Below are positions 11,052 through 22,105 of a DNA stretch of 31,305 nucleotides, one piece after another. The stretch is from Octopus sinensis (Eukaryota). The stretch spans positions 1 through 31,305 of the forward strand of contig NW_021832194.1 of assembly GCF_006345805.1 (NCBI RefSeq), read 5' to 3'. The notes under the pieces are model-generated. The model had not been told where the DNA came from. It ran no database searches and saw nothing but the letters and a program-made list of their open reading frames with translations. The translations under genes were made by a program, and so were the position numbers. Every line of letters starts with the position of its first letter. Position 1 is the stretch's first letter.

Positions 11052-12428
11052 TATGTCTGTAATGCAAGCCATATGTACAAATGTGTCCCAGAGAGAAAAG
11101 TCACTGTACACAAGAGCAAAATCTCCAGAGAAAGGAAAATTCTAATGAGACGGCGTACAAAAGTTTCAAATCGCCTAAACAAACAATTGAAAGCAGTGAA
11201 AAGTCCCGCCTGAAAATAAAACTGTTGGAAATTGAAAAATGTCTGCAACTCTCCCATGAAAAAGAAAGAGCAGACAAAGAAGCCTGGGCTATAGACAATA
11301 TAAAATCTAACCCCAGAGCTTTCTACAGGTATGCTAAAGAAACAGCTACAGTGCACTGTAGGATAGGGCCACTCCTTGAAAAGATGGCACACTCACAGGA
11401 AATCCAATGAGGGTAAGTGAAATACTAAATGAGCAATTCAAGAGTATTTTCACTCCACCCCTAGGGCATTTTCAAGTCAGCAATCCAACTGACTTCTTAG
11501 CACTGTAATATAAAATCAAGGGCAGCGATGATTGATTACATCAATGTAAAGAAGACGATGTAATAAAGGCTATTGATGAAATGAAAACAAACTCAGCTAC
11601 TGGCCCCGATGGATTCCCAGCAATCCTTCTAAAAGTATGTAAGAGAGCCCTAACAAGACCACTGCAGTTCCTCTTTCAGAGCTTCCTTGCAGCTGGCAAA
11701 CTTCCAAGAAAACTGAAGGAAGGTAAAATATGCCTTATTCATAAAGGAGGTAGCAGAGCGGAGGCCAAGAACTACAGACCTATCTCTCTGACCTCACACA
11801 TCAGCAAGGTCATGGAACGAATAGTCAGAAGGAAACTAATCACCTTCCTTGAAGAAAATGACTTGCTGCCTGACACCAACATGGTTTCCGACCAGGAAGA
11901 AGCTGCTTAAATCAGCTCCTACAACACTATGACTGGGTGCTGAAAACGAACTGCTCAACCACTCAAATGTGGAAGTGATATATCTCGACTTTGCAAAGGC
12001 CTTTATAAAGTCGATCATGGAATGATATGTCACAAACTGCGTGATCTTGGCATAGTTGGAAAATTGGGAGAATGGCTTCATGACTTTCTGAAGGATAGAA
12101 GTCAGGTGGTAGTAGCCAATGGGGCCACTTCCACTAACACGCAAATAGTGAGCGTTGTTCCGCAAGGCACTGTTCTGGGACCACTACTGTTCATAATGGC
12201 CCTCTCAGACATGCCCTCAGCCACGCAGAGAGCCACGATCACAAGTTATGCAGATGATACAAAAGTTTCACAGGCAATACAGAAAACCTAAAGACAATAA
12301 GTACCTGCAATGTGAGCTGACAAAATATACAAGTGGCTGAAAAGAATAGCATGCAGTTCAATGCTGAAAAGTTCAAGCTTTATACTATCAGCATGCAAAA
12401 CTAATGCAATACCCAATAAATACAGAAG
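11052..12428 (+). mobile_element. CR1/L2-group LINE fragment (reverse transcriptase), frameshifted, truncated at both ends
   Basis: NIKSNPRAFYRYAK, SATGPDGFPAILLK, KNYRPISLTSHISKVMERIV, HGFRPGRSC, IYLDFAKAF, PQGTVLGPLLF, YADDTKV. Confidence 0.95.
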
Positions 12429-12980
12429 ATAGCTCTGTGCAGCATATAAGCTATTGGGAAGTCTTTCCCAATAGCTTATATGCTGCACAGAGGCTATCTT
12501 CTGTATTTATTGGGTATTGCATTTAGTTTTGCATGCTGATAGTATAAAGCTTGAAACTTTTCAGCATTGAACTGCATGCTATTCTTTTCAGCCCACTTGT
12601 ATATTTTGTCCAGCTCACATTGCAGGTACTTATTGTCTTTAGGGTTCTGTATTGCCTGTGAAACTTTTGTATCATCTGCATAACTTGTGATCGTGGCTCT
12701 CTGCGTGGCTGAGGGCATGTCTGAGAGGGCCATTATGAACAGTAGTGGTCCCAGAACAGTGCCTTGCGGAACACCGCTCACTATTTGCGTGTTAGTGGAA
12801 GTGGCCCCATTGGCTACTACCACCTGACTTCTATCCTTCAGAAAGTCATGAAGCCATTCTCCCAATTTTCCAACTATGCCAAGATCACGCAGTTTGTGAC
12901 ATATCATTCCATGATCGACTTTATCAAAGGCCTTTGCAAAGTCGAGATATATCACTTCCACATTTGAGTGGTTGAGCAGT
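11950..12980. repeat. Palindrome B: ~1030-bp near-perfect inverted repeat with 4-nt loop (gtct, 12461-12464)
   Basis: Arms of 511 and 516 bp differ at about 8 positions, mostly single-base deletions in the left arm. Confidence 0.95.
12497..12980 (-). mobile_element. Inverted duplicate of the LINE RT segment (open frame)
   Basis: ORF 12494-13033 carries YLDFAKAFDKVDH, SGVPQGTVLGPLLF and YADD; sequence is the reverse complement of 11950-12428. Confidence 0.95.
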
Positions 12981-13063
12981 ATGTTTATATGTATATGCAT
13001 ATGTATATACACACACACACCACACACACTCATATATATATATGAGTGTGTGGTGTGTGTGTG

Positions 13064-13108
<45 letters not shown>
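12981..13108. repeat. (CA)n/(TG)n microsatellite
   Basis: Direct reading. Confidence 0.95.
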
Positions 13109-13109
<1 letters not shown>

Positions 13110-13110
<1 letters not shown>

Positions 13111-13310
13111 GGATGACTAATAAATCGAAGAACCGAACAAAAATCCTCTAGCAAGGAGTTTCAAGCCTTTTACGACAAGAAGTTAATCGTTCGATAAATA
13201 TTCGCCATTAGAGTAAGTATCTAGCAAAGTAATTAGGACCGATATATTCGACTAAAATCCTGAAAGCTGTAGTCGAATGGCTCAAAACGCTAAATGAATA
13301 TAAGAATATA
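13110..13310 (+). mobile_element. Degenerate SINE 3' portion
   Basis: ttagagtaagta..gaccgatatattcgactaaaatcc matches the tail block of the 27531 family. Confidence 0.45.
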
Positions 13311-13930
13311 ATAATACACACACCCTTATATATTTGCCTCTGGAAGCATTCCAACATTCCAGCATTCCAGCATTTTTTGTTCCCAAGTTTTTAAAAGTTA
13401 GACTTTCCGACTGTTAGAATGTCAGACTGCAGATGAATTTTTCATTCTTCAAAATACAATTTATGTGTTTGATGTACTTCATATAGTATTTTCGTGAGTC
13501 GAAGATGGGGTGCATGCAGGAATCTACAGACTGTTGTTATTTTGGCTCCTGGTCAGCGTTGATCGAGTTCTAGGGTGATTGGTAAGTAAACGACCAGAAC
13601 TTGTGATTTACCATATTTCCACTAACAAGGGTGTTTGAACGTGTTTTCATGTAGCTATGAAAAGATGTGAAGCTGTGTAAGTTACATGAAAGACAGTTAG
13701 AAGATATGATTAAATCTGTAGACACTGGGCGTCCGTGTATAAACAAGGCAAATTCTAACTACGCGTGCTGGGAGGATGGTTAAATTATAAACAAGACAGA
13801 TTAAGAACGAAAACACGAATGGATACAATAACTTCTCTGTCGAATTCACTGCCATTATAAAGTGAAGAATTAAGAAACACAAACGGTGTCTTCATAAACT
13901 GGAAGAAGGCGGCTGATGAGGAGATATATA

Positions 13931-14159
13931 GAGGGGGTGCAAAAGTAGGTATACAACAAGTATCACATCAATGTCATTAAAATTATTAGCACATTAAATT
14001 AGTTAGCTTAATTTGGTATTTTCGGTATCATTAATCGTAATGAATTTATCATAACCATGATAATACTTTTATCGTAACTTTTAATTTGATAAAAATATAA
14101 TTGAGTATTGTACGCGTTTTCTTTTTTCATAACTATATACCTACTTTTGCTCCACCCTG
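13931..14159. mobile_element. Tc1/mariner-type MITE, 229 bp
   Basis: TIRs gagggggtgcaaaagtaggtatac and tatacctacttttgctccaccctg, each flanked by TA (13929-30; 14160-61). Confidence 0.7.
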
Positions 14160-14317
14160 TATGTATATTTGTACTAGGTGCGAGCGCGCGCGTGTGGCGG
14201 ACAACTGGCGAAACTTCGATGTCATTGACACCACATTTTCCTGTGAAAATAAACACGTTATTCAAGTCTTTATATATTGAGCACTTCTCCTGACTGATTA
14301 TCTTTATGAATTGTTAT

Positions 14318-14438
14318 ACATACAACACTCAAACACACACACACACACACACACAACACACCACACACACACACACACACAACACACACACACACACTCA
14401 CACACACACATATATATATATATATACCTACATATATA
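14318..14438. repeat. (CA)n/(TA)n microsatellite
   Basis: Direct reading. Confidence 0.9.
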
Positions 14439-14439
14439 T

Positions 14440-14746
14440 CACAATCATGAGGTAGTGAGTTCGATTTCCAGACCAGGCTGTATATTGTGTTCATGAGCAA
14501 GACACTTTATTTCACGTTGTTCTAGTTCACTCATCTTTTGAAATGAGTTGCCACGTCACTGGTGCTAAGCTATATCGGCCTTTGTCTTTCCCTTGGATAA
14601 CATCAGTGGTATGGAGAGGGGAGGCTGATATTCATGGGTGACTGCTGGTCTTCCATAAATAACTTTGCCCGGTCTTGTGCCTAGGAGGGTAACTCACTAG
14701 GTGCAAATCGATGGTTATTCATGACCGAAGGGGGTCTTTACCTTTT
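14440..14746 (+). mobile_element. tRNA-derived SINE with CORE-like segment, 5'-clipped
   Basis: B box gagttcgattt, then gtgttcatgagcaagacactttatt (CORE-like); ends in a (TACA)n tail. Confidence 0.7.
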
Positions 14747-14777
<31 letters not shown>

Positions 14778-14798
14778 CATACATACATACATACATAT

Positions 14799-15978
14799 AT
14801 GATGGCTCCCCCTCGTTATCGAGTATGGCAATTGCACGAAGCTTAACTGTTAACGGTGCTGTGATCGAATGTAACTTTTTAGCCCAGCTAAAGATCTACA
14901 ATGTCTTGTACAGAATTGGCAGCTAAAACCTTTACCGGCAGTAGCCGGCTATAGTTGTAACTGGGCTTCACGTACCTTTGCATGTCGTTTAAGTCCTTCC
15001 ACCGAATTACACTCCCTTCTACATACCCGACAGATATGATTAGTATGGTGTGTAGCACCGCCACCAGTGGCCAGGTTGTCACTCATCTGTCTTGCTTTAT
15101 GTCTACGAAGATGACTTTTGAGTCCAGCTTTACTGAGGCAGGGTCTTGCACAGACACTGCATGTCAGCATCATAGGAATACCCTTCCCATCTGGAAGTGC
15201 AACAGCGATGTCCTTCCTGACATCCCTCCTTACTTTCTCATGCGCAACTCGAGTTTTCTCAAAGGTAGCTGTCTCCTCGTGCACAATCCTTCTCCACCTG
15301 CTACGAGTAATAGCTATGCTCTCCCATGTGTCAGGAGAGATGCAAGCACATCTTAAGGAAGCCTTCAGCAAGTCCTTATACCCCTTTTTTGGTTTTTGAG
15401 GTAGTTCTCCTTTAGCTAACTCTCCATAAAAGAGTTGTTTTGGCATCCTTGAATCCTTCATCCTGACCAGGATAACCACCCCATATGAGCCTTTGCTTTA
15501 ACACAAGAGCTTCTATACTTTCACACTGAGAGCTTTCCAATATTTCAAGATCACTGATGCGGTCATCCCACTTAATGCCAAAGATCCGTCTGAGATACAT
15601 CTGATGGAAACGTTCCAGTTGTTTAAGGTGGTTTCGAAATGTTACCCACGTCTCGCAGGCATAAAGAAGAGAAGCGAGCACACATGCCTTGTACACTTTT
15701 ATCATTGTCTTCCCGTATATGTCTCGCCGACTCCAGAGGCGCCTTTCTAGCCTTCTGAAAGCATCACTCGCTTTCCTAATTCATTATTCAAATTGCTATA
15801 CCTATTAACATTGCTCCCCAGGTAGACAAACTGATCAACTACATCAAATGGTTTACCGTACGCATAGATATTTGGTACGCTATACTGCTTACTTGGGGCA
15901 GATTGGTACAGGACAACAGTTTTCTTGAGACTGATTGTCAATCCTAAGGCAGTGCAAGCATCAGAGAATACATTCAAA
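14799..15978 (-). mobile_element. 5'-truncated RTE-clade (BovB-like) LINE with C-terminal zinc fingers
   Basis: GLTISLKKT, FVYLGS, VYKACVLASLLYACETW, LERFHQMYLRRIFGIKW, RMPKQLFYGEL, three CxxC..H motifs, stop at 14850-14852, 3' UTR gccatactcgataacgagggggagccatc and (TATG)n tail. Confidence 0.95.
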
Positions 15979-15983
15979 ATGTG

Positions 15984-16068
15984 TTACTATAGAAGACACC
16001 TGCCTAAGGATCCACGCAGTAGAACTGAACCTGGAACCATGTGGTTGAGAAGCAAGCGTCTTAAATAC
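15984..16068 (-). mobile_element. SINE head only (27531 family)
   Basis: Minus: aagacgcttgcttctcaaccacatggttccaggttcagttctactgcgtggatccttaggcaggtgtcttctatag, matching 27545-27630. Confidence 0.8.
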
Positions 16069-16190
16069 ATGTATGTATGTATGTATGTATGTATGTATGG
16101 ATGGATGGATGGATAGATGGATGGATGGATGGATGGATGGATGGATGGATGGATGGATGGATGGATGGATGGATGGATGGATGGATGGAT
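16069..16190. repeat. (TATG)n(ATGG)n microsatellite
   Basis: Direct reading. Confidence 0.95.
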
Positions 16191-16917
16191 GTTTACACAG
16201 ACATAGATACATGAATTTTTGTGCCACAAGAATCTGTAGTTTCCGCCTACAAAATTTCACACTTAGAAAATATTGGTGAACTTGAAGCCATGAAATCAAT
16301 AACATTATGTACCGAGATCGAGCACCAAGCAGAACTACTTGGCTGCGAAGTGAACTTCTTTACTTCGCGGACATCCCTGCATCCTGTCTGTATATACATT
16401 CCGCTGATAGTTCTACGTCCATGATGATAAAATTAGTACAGTAAGTTTATTAAATATTCCATCAAGCAGTGACCTTGAACATTCCAGTTTAGTCTGAGAA
16501 TGATAACTCAGTCTGCCAATGAAATGAAGCCAAGAACTGGACTGGGTGAAAGCATAAGTATTCTGAAATATTTCAACTGAAGCATTTATTGTGTGGTCTA
16601 GATTATAATGATGAACGAGATATGTTTCTTAGATAAGAATTCGTTCTAATTAGGCAAAACACAGCTAAGAAAAACAGAGATATATAATGAAGAATAATAT
16701 GTGAGTACTATATACATATATATATATATATATATATCTTTACACATACACACACGCTCAGGTTCGAGTCCCGTGGCTGTCTGCTAACAACCTTTCCGTC
16801 ATATAAGGGGGAAATACCCAATCTTTCTGCTGTTTTATGGGTATAATACGTTCGAAATGTTACTTTCTTGACTGTATGACATGATACACTTTCGACGCTT
16901 CCCGAAACAAAAACAAA

Positions 16918-16969
16918 AATGACGGAGGTGTGAGTTCGAGTCTCATAGCCGGCCGCCAACACTTTTTTT
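16918..16969 (+). pseudogene. tRNA-like 3' half (T arm plus acceptor-like strand) followed by oligo-T
   Basis: gtgag-TTCGAGT-ctcat T arm at 16930-16946, cgcca at 16954-16958, T7 at 16963-16969; no 5' half found. Confidence 0.3.
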
Positions 16970-17120
16970 CTGCAAAATAGGGGTAGCTTATCCTGTTCAG
17001 GCTATATTATTAGCATTATCCTGCGTTTGAGAATTTAAAATCACTTCTTTAACTTTCTAAGACATCTCAACGCTTCTAAAGCAAACTTTGTTTGTTTGTT
17101 TACGTTCATCGTAATTTGAA

Positions 17121-17151
<31 letters not shown>

Positions 17152-17561
17152 GGTTGATAGAGTGATCACGAAAATGGTAAAAGCAAGTAGAAGATTGGCA
17201 GAATGGATCCGCTAAATGTGCAAGACAAGAGCACAGGAAGTATTTCCTTATCTAGAACATATTTGTTGCCGTTTGCCGAGATTATAACATCCTGAAGGAG
17301 ACACACAAAATTGAGTAACTCCTTGTACTTGTTGGGCTGTTGAGTTGGTAATGTAAACAGAAAAATAGAACTCACGATATGAGTATATTTTTTCTTTATT
17401 CATAATCGGTAGATTTTACAGAGTTACTCAGTGGCAGAAAGTTGTCACTTACCAAACTTTATCTTTGAGGTTATAATTTCCTAGGGACGAAAAAAGGAAT
17501 GAGTTATCTGGAAAGTTCTAGCCATATTGATGCAGAATATTGGCATTATTCTATAAATATT

Positions 17562-17970
17562 AAGGCGGCGGCCTGGCAGAAACGTTAGCACGCCGGGCGA
17601 AATGCTTAGCGGTATTTCGTCTGCCGCTACGTTCTGAGTTCAAATTCCGCCGGGGTCGACTTTGCCTTTCATTCTTTCAGGGTCGATTAAATAAGTACCA
17701 GTTACGCACTGGGGTCGATATAATTGACTTAATCCGTTTGTCTGTCCTTGTTTGTCCCCTCTGTGTTTAGCCCCTTGTGGGTAGTAAAGAAATAGGTATT
17801 TCTTCTGTCTTTACGTTCTGAGTTCAAATTCCACCGCTGAGGTCAACTTTGCCTTTTATCCTTTCGGGGTCGATAAATTGAGTACCAGTTGCTTACTGGA
17901 GTCGATCTAATCAACTGGCCCTCTCCCCCCAAAATTTCGGGCCTTGTGCTTAGAGTAGAAAACATTATTC
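17562..17970 (+). mobile_element. SINE with tandemly repeated 184-bp internal unit
   Basis: aaggcggcg..ctggcagaaacgttagcacgccggg head; gagttcaaattcc B box twice; unit starts at 17612 and 17796. Confidence 0.9.
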
Positions 17971-18028
17971 TATAAATAATATACAAATCTTCGAACTGGG
18001 TACTATTGCATAATTCTTACATAGTGTT

Positions 18029-18083
18029 CCCGCGATAGCTCAGTTGGTAGAGTGGAGGACTGTAGTAAGTTTCTAAAATCTCC
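18029..18083 (+). pseudogene. tRNA-Tyr(GTA) 5' half with retained intron, 3'-truncated
   Basis: cccgcgATAGCTCAGTTGGTAGAGtGGAGGACTGTAG matches the eukaryotic tRNA-Tyr 5' exon; anticodon GTA 18062-18064; intron-like taagtttctaaa, then atctcc; T arm missing; ttcttacat repeated at 18014-18022 and 18084-18092. Confidence 0.8.
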
Positions 18084-18570
18084 TTCTTACATGGACAGGT
18101 AAAAGTCTTGCAAGACTAGGTTTCCAAGGAATTACTGATCTTCCACTAATATAAGTGCGTTTGAGTGCGTTTGCATCTATCGGTGAAAAGATGTGAAGAA
18201 GTGTATGTTACTCCCGGGCATTGGTGTGCAGGAACACCACACGAACGTAGAGTGCAGATAACAATAGGATATGCTAGAGTTTATCAGGAACCAATGCAAA
18301 TAATTAGAAAATGGAGAAAACCACAGATTAACCAACACATCCGTTGGACCACATTTATAGCTAATTTTTTAATACAAAGCATGACATAACAAAATAGGTG
18401 GCGTAACATATCTTACGGCCGTTACTGATCGGAAAGCCAGAATGCAGTCTATACATAAATGCGAGAATAAAATTCTTCATCTCAACAGGGCATTCGAATT
18501 AAGGCAACGGATCTTCATCAGTAAATTTTTTAAGCACCCTACGATAATTGTTTACTTTTACTTGAGCTTA

Positions 18571-18640
18571 CTGCCCTGGAAATTGAATTCTCGACCTTGT
18601 GATCGTAAGCCAAATATCCTAGGCACTAAACCACGCACCT
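18571..18640 (-). mobile_element. tRNA-derived SINE head remnant
   Basis: Minus: gtgcgtggtttagtgcctagg..ggcttacgatcacaaggtcgagaattcaatttcc (A and B boxes). Confidence 0.55.
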
Positions 18641-18869
18641 TCACTCACACACACACATACACATTATCGGCACACATACGTAATAATGTATATAACTAAA
18701 GAGACTAGGCAAAACTTTTATACCTTTTCATATCCGGCTCTGAATACGGTTAGCAGAGAACATGTTGATGCATGACTTAAGTTAATCTTGTAATGATAAG
18801 CCAATATTGCAGACGTCCTTGAATCTGTCTGCATGGCTCTAAGCACATCATATCAGTCGTCCTCTTGAA

Positions 18870-19150
18870 CTGTTGCTCTCTAGGGTCTATATAAACCCTA
18901 AGGCAACCATGCAAACATTATTTAAAACGTCCATGAAAAAAAGTTACTCATAAATGTATTTATTGCAAGAAAAGGTTGTGTCTTTCTCTAACGATTTATA
19001 TAGTTCACCTACAAAAGTGAGTGTGTAATAAACAAAACAGGTATTTTGGAAGAAATATCTATAAATCTAGTTTTTAAACATCAAATTGAGTCCAACAGAA
19101 TAAAATAATAATCAAATGTATCATTTGATAAAAATGGTTGAGAGCCACTG
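18870..19150. mobile_element. Probable hAT-type MITE, degenerate
   Basis: Right terminus ggttgagagccactg is a typical hAT CAGTGG(T)TCTCAACC end; left terminus eroded near gggtctatataaaccc. Confidence 0.4.
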
Positions 19151-19807
19151 CTCTGAAACATTATTGAGAGCAAACTTTTCAGCAAATAAAATATCCTTAT
19201 TGGTATCCATAAAAAAATTCTTTCGAAGTTCCTGATCGTTGAATACAGTGATGGAGTTGTTTCGTATCTCAATGCTACGACTTAAGTTTTCAATCAAAGC
19301 TTTTTATTGTTGAGCAAATCTCTAGTTACATAATATTTAAATTTGTTTCGCATCTCGACATCATGACTCGTGCTTTTATCACTCAGCGTGCTTGATGCTT
19401 CAACAGTTCTCCATTTAGCTTTATTTGAAACTAAACTATTTTGACATCTCTTTACACAAGCGCAGCAAACATATGTAGCAGCCATATCAGCAACAAAACA
19501 ACGGAAGCAAATCGAGAAATATTGTGACAACATCCTTCAACAAGCATGGACAACCTTTTGCGAGAAGCAGGCCGTATGAGACATGACTGATATCAGGTGA
19601 GCTGCACCACTAAGAAGATTCGAGGTCATTTTTCGGTAAGCTGCCATTCAGAAAGTCCCGTGAGTCGCTTGTTTCTCATAACTGTTCTACAGCCACCGGA
19701 CATCATACAAACGGTTTTCTCTTTTTCCTTCCCACCATTATTATAATGTCTACTGCACCTCTGAATTAGTTTATTCCAAGTCCACAAATGCATTCATCAC
19801 ACTTCTT

Positions 19808-19866
19808 CTGTCTCTCACCCTTTAAACACTGCCTCCTTTACTGTCTCTCACCCTTTAAACACTGCA
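19808..19866. repeat. Short tandem duplication, 25-bp core, 34-bp period
   Basis: ctgtctctcaccctttaaacactgc occurs twice. Confidence 0.9.
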
Positions 19867-20083
19867 AGTTTTTTTTTATTCAATCCTTGGCTTCCACAAT
19901 AGCATGCTTTCATGTGGATTCTGTATTCCTACAGACGTCAGACGGCAAATCAGTCTTGCCAATGTGAGAGAACATAAAAAAAAGTAATTGGATACTCTAC
20001 TGCCTCGTTGACGAGCTAAAATAAATAAAATAATTTCTCTAGTTTAATAACAACCTTCTTTTTCCATTATTACTGGTCCGTTA

Positions 20084-20281
20084 GGCAATGAGCTGGCAAA
20101 GTCGTTAGGACGATGGACAGAATGATAAGCAACAGTTCTTCCAGCTCTTTACGTTCCGAGTTCAAATACTGCTGAGGTCAGCTTTTCCTTTCACCTTTCG
20201 GGATTAATAAAAGTATCAGCCAAGTATTAACCCACTTCCCCTAAAATTTCTGGTCTTGTGCCAAATTTTGAAACAATTATT
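20084..20281 (+). mobile_element. Old single-unit SINE of the 17562/21346 family
   Basis: ggcaatgagctggcaaagtcgttag..gagttcaaatactgctgaggtc..cctttcggg..ggtcttgtgcc..aacaattatt. Confidence 0.7.
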
Positions 20282-20432
20282 ACGGCTCTATGATTTAGTA
20301 CATAACACTACGTCCTTGAATCGTTCCTGCAGCACATTATTTTTTCCTCAATTGAATCATCGTTTATTTTACTTTTTCATCTGAGAAGACGCTACCAGAT
20401 TCTCGTTCAATCCTCTCAACGTCAGCGATTCA

Positions 20433-20455
20433 GACAGACAGACAGACAGACAGAC

Positions 20456-20528
<73 letters not shown>

Positions 20529-20530
20529 CA
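20433..20530. repeat. (CAGA)n(TAGA)n microsatellite; further TAGA/AGAC runs at 20811-20851 and 21075-21157
   Basis: Direct reading. Confidence 0.95.
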
Positions 20531-20810
20531 AAGTAGAGCTTTTCTTTTGGGGAAGAAGAGAAAAAAGAAGAAAAGATAAAGAAAAAAGGGGGGATTTCCG
20601 ATCAAAAGGGATCGTGAAAAAAAAGAGTGGGGCCGATCAATAGGGATCATGTATCACAGAAATTTCAATGTAAAAAAGGAAAACAGATTAGGTTTGTCCG
20701 TGGATAGAAAAGTCTACGGAAAAGACCACAGGAACATTGGGCAATAGAGTCATGCAAAAAGAAAACACATTATAGTAAGTGGGTCTCTTTTTTTCCTTTC
20801 GTTTTTTTTT

Positions 20811-20852
<42 letters not shown>

Positions 20853-21116
20853 CTTTTTTCTTCCTTCACCGGTGCTGTCTGCGCTGCTCCTGATTACTAT
20901 CTAAATATAAACTCTTCATCTAAATGTAAAATTTGTTTTATATAATTTCTGTGTCTGAAGAATTCCTAATAGGAAATTCCTTACATGTCTATCTAATACG
21001 TAAAACTTTGTAATTCCTACTAGCAACTGAAACACGTGTAATGGTGAATAAATAATTTCCAATTTCCTGTTTAGTAATAGATAGAGAGATAGAGAGATAG
21101 AGAGAGAGAGAAAGAT

Positions 21117-21153
<37 letters not shown>

Positions 21154-21161
21154 GACAGGGG

Positions 21162-21235
21162 ACTAGTATTTAGTACATGACTGCTTGTTATTTACCGACA
21201 CTACAAGGATGAAGACAAAGTTGAGCTTGGCGGTG
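21162..21235 (-). mobile_element. SINE fragment (17562 family)
   Basis: Minus: ccgccaagctcaactttgtcttcatcctt..gtcggtaaataacaagcagt. Confidence 0.5.
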
Positions 21236-21345
21236 TTAGGATCCATTTCACTGAGAGCCAGAACAATTGCGGCAAGGCACTTATCTATGAGGCTCTCATG
21301 ATTCTGTTACGAATATCTATTTGCTTAATATTGGCTTGATCAGAA

Positions 21346-21923
21346 GGCGGCGAGCTGGCAGAAACGTTAGCACGCCGGGCGAAATGCGTAGCCGTATTTC
21401 GTCTGCCGTTACGTTCTGAGTTCAAATTCCGCCGAGGTCGACTTTGCCTTTTATCCTTTCGGGGTCGATAAATTAAGTACCAGTTACGCACTGGGGTCGA
21501 TATAATCGACTTAATCCGTTTGTCTGTCCTTGTTTGTCCTCTCTGTGTTTAGCCTCTCGTGGGTAGTAAAGAAATAGGTATTTCGCCTGCCGCTACGTTC
21601 TGAGTTCAAATTCCGTCGAGGTCGACTTTGCCTTTTATCCTTTCGGGGTCGATTAAATAAGTACCAGTTACGCACTGGGGTCGATATAATCGACTTAATC
21701 CGTTTGTCTGTCCTTGTTTGTCCTCTCTGTGTTTAGCCCCTTGTGAGTAGTAAAGAAATAGGTATTTCGCCTGCCGCTACGTTCTGAGTTCAAATTCCAT
21801 CGAGGTTGACTTTGCCTTTTGTCCTTTCGGGGTCGATTAAATAAGTACCAGTTACGTACTGGGGTCGATATAATCGACTCAATGCCCTTCCCCAAGCTAC
21901 CCTTGTGGCAAAAACGGGAAATT
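21346..21923 (+). mobile_element. SINE with about 2.7 tandem 184-bp units and a 19-bp TSD-like repeat
   Basis: Units start at 21394, 21578, 21762; flanked by aatattggcttgatcagaa (21327-21345) and aatattggtttgatcagaa (21924-21942). Confidence 0.9.
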
Positions 21924-21942
21924 AATATTGGTTTGATCAGAA

Positions 21943-22105
21943 ATGGGCATCGGACTCGCAGAATCGATAGAACGTTGGACAAAATTGGTTTGGGTGTTTT
22001 ACAATCTGAGTACAAATTTCGCTCATATTAACTTTGCTTTCAATCCATCCCAGTGATCGATAAAATAAAGTAACAGTCGAATAGTGGGATTGATTTCATC
22101 AACCT
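21943..22105 (+). mobile_element. Old degenerate SINE of the same family
   Basis: gcagaatcgatagaacgttggacaaaat..ctgagtacaaatttcgc..aactttgctttcaatcc..gatcgataaaataaagtaacag. Confidence 0.55.

Noticed and set aside
17166-17310. Minus-strand exon after a good acceptor (gtctccttcag), DVIISANGNKYVLDKEILP
   Set aside because: No good donor, no recognised homology and no linked exon; needs RNA data.
18029-18083. Functional tRNA-Tyr gene
   Set aside because: No T arm, B box or 3' acceptor strand.
18165-18389. 74-codon non-repetitive ORF
   Set aside because: No recognisable motif or clear splice signals; length is within chance.
18490-18522. Minus-strand CTGATGA as a hammerhead
   Set aside because: Followed by GAAT, not GAAA, and stem II does not pair.
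19294-19533. Cys-containing ORF as a transposase fragment
   Set aside because: No diagnostic motif could be matched.
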